Positions 1-8,816 of a DNA stretch of 64,000 nt are shown piece after piece. The notes under the pieces were generated by a model. The model was not told the origin of the DNA. It did no database searches and worked only from the letters and a program-made list of their open reading frames with translations. Each line of letters begins with the position of its first letter. Position 1 is the stretch's first letter. This DNA comes from Rebecca billardiae RCC1528 (lineage: Eukaryota > Protista > Haptophyta): assembly GCA_965240325.2 (NCBI GenBank), contig OZ251225.1, positions 3,410,001-3,474,000 on the forward strand, read 5' to 3'. The position numbers and the translations under genes were made by a program.

Positions 1-2649
1 CGCGTCGACGACGCGCGAGCGGTCGATGATGTTGGCGAAGCGAAAGGTGCGCTTGTCGTGGGTGACGACGGTGATGCCCGTGTCGAGCAGTCCGGCGTAC
101 CGGTACCCGCCCACCTGCGCGATGTGCGTCAGGTCGATCAGCAGCAGCCGGCGCGTGAGCGCGCACGAGTGGCTGTCGCACTCGCCCGCCGTGTTCAGCG
201 CGGACGCGCACGCGCTCGTGAAGCACAGGCTGTGCGGCGAGAGCGTCAGCCAGCCGCGCACGCCGCTGTCGCCCTCGGCCTCGCATGACACGCGCAGCAG
301 CTCGTCCGCCGCCGACGAGCCCAGCCGCGCCGCCGGCGACACGTAGCCGGCGAGCCACGAGAGCGTGCGCGACGCAGTGCCGACGAGCTGCGCCGTGCTC
401 GGCAGCTGCGAGCCCCAGAGCTGCCCGACCGCACGCCGCAGCGCCGTCGCCGTCGTGCCGTCGGCCGCGGCGGCGAGCGCGTCGCGCGCGAGGGGCGGCT
501 CGGCGGCGGAGGCGCCCTCGCCCGCGCCGCCCTCCGCCGCCGGCTGCGGATGCTTCGCCGTCACCTGCATCACGATCTGCACGGCCGAGTGCACGGTCAC
601 GAGCGCATACCCGTCGCGGCCCATCAGCAGCTGGGCGCTCAGCACGTCGCCGACGAGCATCAGCGTGGACGGGAGGTGGCCGACGCGGGCCTGCATCACG
701 ACGTACGCCATCACCGGCACCAGGTCGTCCGCGCCGAGCGGCGAGCCCACGATCGCGCTCGCCTGGCGGCACGCCTCCTCGCACGCCTCCGCCAGCAGGG
801 CCATCAGCTCGCGCACGTCGCGCGCGGTCGGCAGCCGGCGCAGCAGCGCGAGCGCGCGCCTGAACGCGTCGGCCGGTGCGCCCGCGAGCGCGGGGAGCAG
901 GCCGAGGTCTGCCGCCGAGGCGGTGCGCAGCGCGTGCACGTGCGACGAGTACGCCGCGTCCATGTCCGCGAGGCACGTGCGGTAGATGTCGAGCAGCACG
1001 GCGAAGCACGCGCGGCACAGAACTGACTCGCACGCGACGCGCACGGCGTCAGCGTCGGCGCGCGCGGCCGTGCCCTCGGCCGCAGCGCGAGCGGCGGGGA
1101 GGAGGCCAAAGTGCGCGACGGCGGTCTCGAGCGCCATGGCGCCCAGCCGCACGTACTGCCCCGCCATGATGCTCGCGTCGCGCGTCGCCTGGTCCGTCGC
1201 CAGCCACGTGCGCCACGTGTCGTCCAGCTCCTCCGCCAGCCGCTGCACGAACAAGGCGAGCGGCGCGCACGGCTGCAGCGAGAGCTGGCGCTGCAGGCGC
1301 GCGTCCGCGGCGTCGAGCGGCGAGGCGCCGTCCGGGGCCGCGCCGCGTCTCGAGCCCGGCGGCGTGACGCCGTGCGCGAGCGCGCCGTCCCCGCCGCCCC
1401 GCCCACCCGCCGCGCCAGACTCCATGCACGCCCAGACGTCGACGACGGCCGCGGCCGCCGCGCCCACCGGATCGAGCGAGCTCGCGGCGCCCGCCGCCCC
1501 GGCGCGGCACCAGAACACCTCGCCGTCGACGACGGCGAGGGCGACGCCGGGCAGCCCCGGCGCGCACGCGAGCTGCGGCGCGCACAGCTGCGCGCGCACC
1601 GGCGCCGCAGACCAGCGGGACGACCACGCCAGCCTGCTCGTCCACGCGCTCGCGCCGCCGTCCGCACGCCGCCCGGCGGCGCCCTCGTCTGCGCTCGCAC
1701 TCGCGCGCACGCTCGCGCGCGCCGTCTTGCCGTCGACGCTCACGACAACGCGCACGACGGCGGGCTCTGCGGGCGGTGGGCGCCGAGGCACGCTCTCGAG
1801 CCGGACGCACGCCGCGGGCCTCGACGGCTCGAGCACGTCGCGCACCTCGATCGCCGCGCCGCCATCGACACACGCAAGCACGCTGGGAAAGCTGAGCGCG
1901 ACGGCGAGCGGCGCGCTCGACCAGCTGATGCGGCCGTGCGTGACGAACGCGCTCGCGTGCGTGCTCGACTCGACGTCGAGGAGCAGGCGCACGCACTCGG
2001 TCTCGTGCGCCGACGTCTCCACGCGCACGAGCACGTCCGCGCCGAGAGCCGGCGCGACAAGCGGCGGGAGTGAGAGCGCGCTCGGCAGCATCGCGACGCT
2101 GCGCGCCGCGCCGCTCATCTCGTCGACGACGATCACGGTCGACGCGAGCACGAGCAGCACGTGCCGGACGTGCCACCCAAGCGTGGCGGGCGGCTCGACG
2201 AGCTCGAAGGACTGGAACGACGGCGGGAGCGCCGCCCCGGGCCGTCGGGCCGCGCGCGCGTCGTCGTACAGAAAGACCTCGCGCTCGAACGCCATGCAGA
2301 ACCGGCCGTCTGGGCCGCCCGCGAGCGTGCTCTGTGCGAGCAGGACGTTCTCGCATGTGAGCGTATGGTGCCAGAGCACGGACAGCTGGGGCAGCGCGAC
2401 GCACACGAGGCACTCCGCCCCACAGCGCGCCAGCGCCGTCTCGGCATCGAGCAGCACGACCTGAGACACGCGCCCGGAGGCGACGCGCAGCTGCGCGGCA
2501 GCCTCGCCCGCGACGTGCGCGCAGCCGACGATCGGAAAGAGCTTGAGACTACCGTCTCCATACCCGCACAGGAGTGAGGACGCGTCGACGGCGATCGCCG
2601 TCACGCTGCCTCCCACCGCACACTCAGCGATGGCCAGGCCGTCCGCCAT
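1..2649 (-). CDS. CNH-like beta-propeller + VPS9 (Rab5-family GEF) + GRAM-like domain protein, 3' end outside window
   Basis: Not in the ORF track because the stop lies outside the window. Manual translation from ATG 2649 gives MADGLAIAECAVGGSVTAIAVDASSLLCGYGDGSLKLF (CNH-like start), then the VPS9 signature LGADDLVPVMAYVVMQARVGHLPSTLMLVGDVLSAQLLMGRDGYALVTVHSAV (~590-745), then GRAM-like VRGWLTLSPHSLCF...GITVVTHDKRTFRFANIIDRSRVVD. Confidence 0.75.
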   Translation of the reverse strand, partial: MADGLAIAECAVGGSVTAIAVDASSLLCGYGDGSLKLFPIVGCAHVAGEAAAQLRVASGRVSQVVLLDAETALARCGAECLVCVALPQLSVLWHHTLTCENVLLAQSTLAGGPDGRFCMAFEREVFLYDDARAARRPGAALPPSFQSFELVEPPATLGWHVRHVLLVLASTVIVVDEMSGAARSVAMLPSALSLPPLVAPALGADVLVRVETSAHETECVRLLLDVESSTHASAFVTHGRISWSSAPLAVALSFPSVLACVDGGAAIEVRDVLEPSRPAACVRLESVPRRPPPAEPAVVRVVVSVDGKTARASVRASASADEGAAGRRADGGASAWTSRLAWSSRWSAAPVRAQLCAPQLACAPGLPGVALAVVDGEVFWCRAGAAGAASSLDPVGAAAAAVVDVWACMESGAAGGRGGGDGALAHGVTPPGSRRGAAPDGASPLDAADARLQRQLSLQPCAPLALFVQRLAEELDDTWRTWLATDQATRDASIMAGQYVRLGAMALETAVAHFGLLPAARAAAEGTAARADADAVRVACESVLCRACFAVLLDIYRTCLADMDAAYSSHVHALRTASAADLGLLPALAGAPADAFRRALALLRRLPTARDVRELMALLAEACEEACRQASAIVGSPLGADDLVPVMAYVVMQARVGHLPSTLMLVGDVLSAQLLMGRDGYALVTVHSAVQIVMQVTAKHPQPAAEGGAGEGASAAEPPLARDALAAAADGTTATALRRAVGQLWGSQLPSTAQLVGTASRTLSWLAGYVSPAARLGSSAADELLRVSCEAEGDSGVRGWLTLSPHSLCFTSACASALNTAGECDSHSCALTRRLLLIDLTHIAQVGGYRYAGLLDTGITVVTHDKRTFRFANIIDRSRVVDA

Positions 2650-2832
2650 AGCGCAAATCCATGACTGACCAAGATTGACAGTGCCGGTTGGACAGGCGGG
2701 TCCGCAGCCGCGCCGGACTTGCCAGCGCGGATGAGTCGGACGAGCGCGCACAGCACTCCTGAAACGGCTGCCGACTCGAAACCCTCAGCTCACCCCCGCT
2801 CGCCGCGCCCGCGCCACGTGCTCGACGCAACG

Positions 2833-3759
2833 ATGAGCGGGCTGCCACGCTTCATGCAGGCGACGACGACCTCGCGAGCACGCGGTCGTGATCACCCAAG
2901 CGTGCTCGGGGTCAAGAACCAGCAGCCCGCCGACGGGATGTCGGGCCCGTCGAAGGATGAGCTGGCGGACGGCGCGGCGCCTTTTGTCTTCAACTCGCAC
3001 ACGGCCGACGCGCCAGCGAGCAAGCCACGACGCATGGGCAAGCCGACGGCGCAGGCGAAGGGGCGCTCCGTGCACCATAAAGCGCCCCTGCCTCGCAAGG
3101 ACCCGGCCTGGCAGGTGTCCTCGTGCGGTGCTGACGGCAAGCGCCGCCGGATGCGCACACCGCCTGGGCTCTACGCGCCACCGGCAGCGCCCACTGCTGC
3201 CGCGGCGAGCGCTGCGCAGAGCGGCGCAGAGGGTGCGCGCGCGAGCGCACTCAGCGAGATCAACAGCTTGCGAGATCTTCTGCTCGACAAGCACGTGAGC
3301 TTGTCCGCCGCGGAGCTCGAGGAGGTCACCGCCCACGTGTCACGCGCGCGCACATGTGTGGAGCAGCGCGACAGCCTGACGCTCACGCGCGCCGCACGCG
3401 CCGCGATCGTCGGGACGAGCGAGGCGCATCCATCTTCTTCGGAGGCGCAGCCTGCAGCACCACCAAACCCGTTCTCCGCGCCCATGGCGCCGCTGCCGCC
3501 GCCGATCGTTGTCGATGACAGGGACGTGACGCTCGGCGCAAACGACGCGTCTGCCGCCGCCAAGCTCGATGAGGACGTGGCATTCGCCGACGGCGGGACG
3601 TACGACATGAGCGGCGACGAGGCCGAGGCGGAGGACGACCATCGCTTCACAATCGCGTCGGAGGCGGGCGAGGACCGCCCGTCTGTGCCCTCGGACAGGG
3701 TGGCGTGGACGCCGTCCGGCATGCGCCAGAACGGTGGCGGCCTGTTCCACTTCCTCTGA
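2833..3759 (+). CDS. hypothetical protein (N-terminal PRFMQAT motif, short central helical region)
   Basis: ORF 2719..3759 with likely ATG at 2833 (MSGLPRFMQATTTS). Coding-like composition; divergent from the VPS9 gene. Confidence 0.6.
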   Translation: MSGLPRFMQATTTSRARGRDHPSVLGVKNQQPADGMSGPSKDELADGAAPFVFNSHTADAPASKPRRMGKPTAQAKGRSVHHKAPLPRKDPAWQVSSCGADGKRRRMRTPPGLYAPPAAPTAAAASAAQSGAEGARASALSEINSLRDLLLDKHVSLSAAELEEVTAHVSRARTCVEQRDSLTLTRAARAAIVGTSEAHPSSSEAQPAAPPNPFSAPMAPLPPPIVVDDRDVTLGANDASAAAKLDEDVAFADGGTYDMSGDEAEAEDDHRFTIASEAGEDRPSVPSDRVAWTPSGMRQNGGGLFHFL

Positions 3760-4656
3760 CGGAGTGGCGGGCGCTGCGTACTCGGCTCCTGGTGGCGTCG
3801 GCCGCCCGGGAGCGCGCGTTCAAGTTGCACCCTGATGCATCGTGCATCCGATAGCCACCTGTGCGCTTGCTGCTGATGGTGCTGAGCGCGAAGCCAGCCG
3901 AACCCCTTGGCGACGATTGGTTATGGCTTCAACGCCGGGCCGCGCACCCGTAGGCCGTACCCAACATCGAGCTGCCACCTGGTCCTATCACCTATCTATG
4001 GCATCACATTGTCAGTCGTCATCACATTGAACATTGTGCAGGTGCAACGTGACGATGTACTTATACCTGTGAGTGTGCACCCTCCACCGGCCTCGCACTT
4101 CGTTCGCAGCGCTGGTTCGGACGTCGCTGCCGCAAACAAACAGTACCGTGCCATCACGACTCTGACAGTCTGCTACTGACAGTCATCCATCAATATAATC
4201 ATCAATCATCCATGATGCCTTCATCATCACGTTGTTAATTCATGGCCGGGGCCTCCGGCTCCGCCGGGCTCCGGCAGCGCTCCGCCCGATGGCCCCGGGC
4301 CCGGCGACGGCGACGGGCCACGAGGCGGCCCGCCGAGTACCCGGTCAGAGTGTCGACCGGTCCGGTGACCGGTCGTCACGGACGGTCGGACTCGGACGGT
4401 TGCTCGGTCAGTGGACGGGCCCGGGCGGGCCGGGGCCAGGGCCGGCGGGGGCCGCGCCCGGCCGCCCGGGCCGCCGCGTCGCTGCGGTGCGAACTTGTGA
4501 CTCTGGCAACTACGATCGTACGGGACGTACTACTGAGTACTGGCTGTAGCGCTTAATTTTTCAGACGCGCTAAATAAACGATAGTATACGATAGTAGTAC
4601 TGTCCACTCGACTCGACTGGCGAGACGACGAGAGTTACTGAGTCGTAATCATTAAA

Positions 4657-6897
4657 TCAATCGTCACCAGCATCGTCATCGGCGGCGGCGGCGCCCCGCG
4701 GTCGCTTGTGGCCGGAGCCGCCGCCGCCGCGGCGCACCTCGTAGAACTGCGGCGCAATCTCGGTCAGCCACTCCGGCTCGATCTTGCACACGTCGACCAT
4801 GGCCTCGTCGCCGGTCGTGAGCGTCTGCACCTCGTGAAACACCACCCACTCGGGCGGCGCGCGGTGCAGCACCGAGCGCGGGTGGATCACGAGGCGGCGC
4901 GCACTCCGCACGTCGCGGTAGCTGTTGTCCGTGTGCCGCCGCGCGGCGTGCGGGAAGAAGCCGCGCACGATCGTGCGCCGCAGCCGGTCGGTGTCCGAGC
5001 CGCACGACTCGCGCGCCACGCCGAAGCGCTTGAGGAAGCGCTCAAGCTGCGCGCGCACGTGCGTCGCGCGCGCGAGCACATGCGCGTCGAGCCCGCGGCG
5101 CGCCGCCCAGCGCGGCGCGCGCCCGCGGCGCTCCCACGCGCGGAGCACGTTTGCGAGCGTGACGTGGTCGCCCTCGTACACGGCGAAGTGCGCGCGCGCG
5201 CGCTCCTGCGCGCGCTGCGTCCCCGCGGCCCACACCGACTGCACCGACACGAGCGCGGCCACGTCGAGCGCCTCGCGCGCGCAGCCCTCCGCCTCGGCGC
5301 CGAGCAGCGCGCACGAGAGCATCGGCGAGGTGGGCAGCTCGGCCATCCGCTCGCCGAGCGGCGCGGTGAGCCGGCCGGCGTCGTCGATCGCGCCGAGCGC
5401 GTACAGCAGCTCGAGCGCGACGGCGAGGTGCGCCGCGGGCGGCGGCGTGGGCAGTTCGAAGCGCGCCACGTTGTCCACGCCGAGCGCCTTCAGCTGCAGC
5501 ACCAGCCCTTCGAGCGCGCACCTTTGCACGTCCGGCGCGGTCGCGGCCGCGAGGCCGTCGTGCGCGCCGCGCGTGTACAGGTGGTAGCACACGCCCGCGC
5601 GCGTGCGGCCGGCGCGGCCGGCGCGCTGCTTCGCCGCGGCGCGCGAGATCGGCGCGACCACCAGCGCCTCCCGCCCCGAGCGCACGTCAAAGACCTGCTG
5701 CTTGACAAAGCCGGAGTCGACCACGAACACGATACCGTCGATGGTCACCGATGTCTCCGCGATGTTGGTCGCGAGCACGACCTTGCGCGAGCCGCGCGGG
5801 GCGGGGGCGAAGGCGGCGAGCTGCGCGTCGCGCGAGAGCCCGCCGTGCAGCGGGACCACCGCGAGCCCGAGCGCGCCCGCGCCGCGGCCGCCATCCCTGC
5901 CGCCGCAGCCGCCGCGCCCAGCGGGCTTTTCCACAGCCGGGCGGAGCGCGCGCTCGCTGGCGTGCGTCTCGCGCGCGTGCTGCGCATCCGCCAGCATGCG
6001 CGCGGCCGCGTCGATCTCCTGCTGGCCGGTGAGGAACACCAGCACGTCGCCGCCGCCGGGCTGCTCCTCGTGGATGGCGAGCACGGTGCGCACGGCCTCG
6101 GTCACGTAGTCGGCGCACGGCGCGCTCAGGTAGCAGCGGTGCACGGCGTGCGCGCGCGCGCCGCTCACCGAGAGGATGCCGACGGGCGGGACGCGCCCGG
6201 CGCCGGCGGGCGCGGGCGCGCGGGTGCCGCCGTAGAACTCGGCGAGCTCCTCCGCGTCGAGCGTCGCCGACGCGATGATCAGCCGCAGCTCCCGCCGCCG
6301 CCGCTGGACCTTCTTGAGGAGCGCGAGGCACATGTCGGTCGTGACGCCGCGCTCGTGCGCCTCGTCGACCATGATGACGGCGTAGCGGCTGAGCAGCGGG
6401 TCCTGCAGCATCTCGCGCACGAGCGCGCCGTCCGTCATGTACTTGACGCGCGTGCGCTCGGGGTGCACGCGCACGTCGAAGCGCACCGCGTAGCCGACAG
6501 CGCCTTCGCCCACCGCCTCGCCCATCTCGTCCGCGACGCGCTCGGCGACCGAGATGGCGGCCACGCGCCGTGGCTGCGTGCACGCGACGAGGCGGCCGCC
6601 AGCGGTCCAGCCCGCCTCGTGCAGGTACTGCGGGATCTGCGTCGTCTTGCCGCAACCCGTGTGCCCGACGACGATCGTCGTCGCATGCGTCTCAACCATG
6701 TACAGCAGCTCGCGGCGCAGCGCAAACACGGGCAGCGCGAGGCGCTGCTGGGTGAGGCTGAGGCCCGTGCGCGGGTTGTAGAACGTGCCATGCTCGCCTT
6801 CGCGGGCCCGGTCGAGAGCGCCCGACACGGCCGGCCGCTGGCTGCCCGGCTGCCAGAACAGGTGCTTCCTGTCCGCGGGCTTGGCCGCGGCCGCCAT
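4657..6897 (-). CDS. DHX35: DEAH-box ATP-dependent RNA helicase DHX35
   Basis: N-terminal FWQPG...YNP..LSLTQQRLALPVF typical of DHX35; motifs GHTGCGKTT, TQPRRVAA, DEAHER, SAT, TNIAETSVT, QRAGRAGR; HA2/OB C-terminus. Confidence 0.92.
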   Translation of the reverse strand: MAAAAKPADRKHLFWQPGSQRPAVSGALDRAREGEHGTFYNPRTGLSLTQQRLALPVFALRRELLYMVETHATTIVVGHTGCGKTTQIPQYLHEAGWTAGGRLVACTQPRRVAAISVAERVADEMGEAVGEGAVGYAVRFDVRVHPERTRVKYMTDGALVREMLQDPLLSRYAVIMVDEAHERGVTTDMCLALLKKVQRRRRELRLIIASATLDAEELAEFYGGTRAPAPAGAGRVPPVGILSVSGARAHAVHRCYLSAPCADYVTEAVRTVLAIHEEQPGGGDVLVFLTGQQEIDAAARMLADAQHARETHASERALRPAVEKPAGRGGCGGRDGGRGAGALGLAVVPLHGGLSRDAQLAAFAPAPRGSRKVVLATNIAETSVTIDGIVFVVDSGFVKQQVFDVRSGREALVVAPISRAAAKQRAGRAGRTRAGVCYHLYTRGAHDGLAAATAPDVQRCALEGLVLQLKALGVDNVARFELPTPPPAAHLAVALELLYALGAIDDAGRLTAPLGERMAELPTSPMLSCALLGAEAEGCAREALDVAALVSVQSVWAAGTQRAQERARAHFAVYEGDHVTLANVLRAWERRGRAPRWAARRGLDAHVLARATHVRAQLERFLKRFGVARESCGSDTDRLRRTIVRGFFPHAARRHTDNSYRDVRSARRLVIHPRSVLHRAPPEWVVFHEVQTLTTGDEAMVDVCKIEPEWLTEIAPQFYEVRRGGGGSGHKRPRGAAAADDDAGDD

Positions 6898-6991
6898 CGT
6901 TGCAGATCTCCGCCTCGCTCGAGCCGCGAGCGCTCCGCGCTGCTGCGCTGGGTACTGCACGTGTTCGGTTTTTATTCGACGAAAATCAAGG

Positions 6992-8368
6992 ATGGCGGCG
7001 GTGCCCTCGCGGCGAGCGCGATGGCCGCACGTCATGCTGCTCGTGCTGTGCCCGACTGCGCGCGCGCCGCTTGGCGCCGGCGCCGAGGAGGCGGCGAGCT
7101 GCAGCAACCCCGCCGACGCAGTGGTCATCACGTGCCACGGACGCTCGGGCTCGACACTGACCGAGCGGATGTTTGACCTCAACAAGGCGGCGTACACCTT
7201 CTACGAGCCCCTCCGCCCGTGGGATCTGGCGCACTGCTACTCACACCACCTGCGGGACAAGGCCCTCGCCTCGACGGCCGTGGCGGTGCTCAGCTGCAAC
7301 CTCTCCCACCGCGTGCCGATCCAGTGCCCCTGGCACCGCTGGCTCGCGCCGCGCGCTCTGAGCGCCCTTACCCCCGAGCTGATTGAGAGTGAGCTCGCGA
7401 TGAACGCGAGGAAGCGCTCCGAGCAGATCGAGTACCGCAAGTGGGCGGCGCAGCTGAGGCAGATGGTCGAGACGGCTCCGGACTGCCGACGCGCGCTCGG
7501 CGCGTGCGGCTCCGCCGTCGCCGTGAAGGTGGTGCGCCTGAGCGGGCTGCTCGACGTGCTGTACGCCGAGTGGCGGCGAGACCAGGCGGCCAGGCGGGCG
7601 GCCGCCGCGCAGCGCGGCACGCGCCGGCGCATCGTGTTCGTGCACGTCGTTCGGGTGCGCGCCGGCGCGCGGCTCGCGTGGCAGCGACAGCGGCGCATGG
7701 GGCTGCGCGCGCCGCGCGACGCCACGGGTGCCCACGCGCTGAGCGGCGCGACCCGGCGCGCGCGCGTGCGCGCGCGCGCGCCGCCGCCTGTCACGCTCGC
7801 CCGTGCGGCGCAGGACCCGCGCGCGCTGCTGCACTCGCGCATCAAGGTAGGCTGGGGCATGCCCAAGACGAGGCGGCCGCCAGCGGTGCAGCGCTGGGCC
7901 AAGAAGATCTGCTCGCTCACGCTGCTCGACATGCAAACGGGCCAGTCGCTCAACACGAACGCGAGCCTGCCCGCCGGCGCGGTCGCGGCCGGGCGGCGCG
8001 ACGTGTACGTGCGCGTGCGGTACGAGGACCTCGTCACCGACCCGATCGGGCAGGCGGAGCGGGTGTACGGCGTGCTCGGCAAGCCCGTGCCGGCGGAGGT
8101 AAGCGAGTTCTTCCGCGCGGAGGTGCTGCGCTCGCAACGGCCCGGGCGCTCGCTCAAGTGGGTCGAGGGCGCGTACGCGACGGGCCACGAGAGGCTCAAG
8201 CGCAGCCCGATGGAGATCATGCGCGCGTGGCGCTCCGAGCTGAGCCCTGAGCTCGCGACAGCCGTTGAGCGTGGATGTCGGCAGCTGATGCGGGTGCTCG
8301 ACTACGAGCCCCTGTCGCCCCTTCCGCAGTCGAGGGCGCGGTCCATGGCGATGCAGACTGTGAGCTGA
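6992..8368 (+). CDS. carbohydrate sulfotransferase (CHST/GlcNAc-6-O-ST-like); intron 7655-7813
   Basis: 5'-PSB motif GRSGST, FYEPL, VKVVRL, 3'-PB motif VHVVR|DPRALLHSR restored by removing a 159-nt GT-AG intron, and VRYEDL; N-terminal hydrophobic segment. Confidence 0.85.
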   Translation: MAAVPSRRARWPHVMLLVLCPTARAPLGAGAEEAASCSNPADAVVITCHGRSGSTLTERMFDLNKAAYTFYEPLRPWDLAHCYSHHLRDKALASTAVAVLSCNLSHRVPIQCPWHRWLAPRALSALTPELIESELAMNARKRSEQIEYRKWAAQLRQMVETAPDCRRALGACGSAVAVKVVRLSGLLDVLYAEWRRDQAARRAAAAQRGTRRRIVFVHVVRVRAGARLAWQRQRRMGLRAPRDATGAHALSGATRRARVRARAPPPVTLARAAQDPRALLHSRIKVGWGMPKTRRPPAVQRWAKKICSLTLLDMQTGQSLNTNASLPAGAVAAGRRDVYVRVRYEDLVTDPIGQAERVYGVLGKPVPAEVSEFFRAEVLRSQRPGRSLKWVEGAYATGHERLKRSPMEIMRAWRSELSPELATAVERGCRQLMRVLDYEPLSPLPQSRARSMAMQTVS

Positions 8369-8816
8369 TATATGCGTCCTCTTGTTCGGGCCGCGGCGCT
8401 ACTCGCTATCTAGCGTATCGTCGAGTATTCATGCTGGATGCAATTCCTTTGCTGGATGCGTTCTTATTCTGTTCTTTGATGCAGCACACTATGTAGTGGT
8501 AGATACGCCGCGGCCGGATTCTGCATATGGGGGTACGTATGCTGATGAAACGCCAACTGTGGCTGAGCAACCGCGAAACAGAAATTATAGTGAAAACGGC
8601 CCTGCGACTGGATCATCTGGCACTCTGCAGCTGCTATTACACTTTGAGACGTACGATGCGGGTAATGTACGTACGGGGGGCGGGTACGTCGCTTAGGAAG
8701 GGGTGCCACGCCGCACGCGCGACGACATCAAAGGATGAACAAGGAGAGGGCTCGAGACGGGTGCAAAGGTGTGGAGCAGCTTTCCAGCAGGGTGCCTCAC
8801 GAGGAGGGCAACGCCC

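Noticed and set aside
986-2464. 492-aa plus-strand ORF
   Set aside because: Ser/Ala/Thr-rich antisense mirror of the real minus-strand VPS9 gene.
4245-4480. GC-rich CCGG/GGCC palindrome-dense patch (similar at 60820-61130)
   Set aside because: No consistent repeat unit, coding signal or recognisable RNA family; cannot be supported as a feature.
4708-7176. 822-aa antisense ORF over DHX35, and many similar long overlapping ORFs
   Set aside because: Shadow ORFs expected from very high GC content and codon bias; no recognisable motifs.
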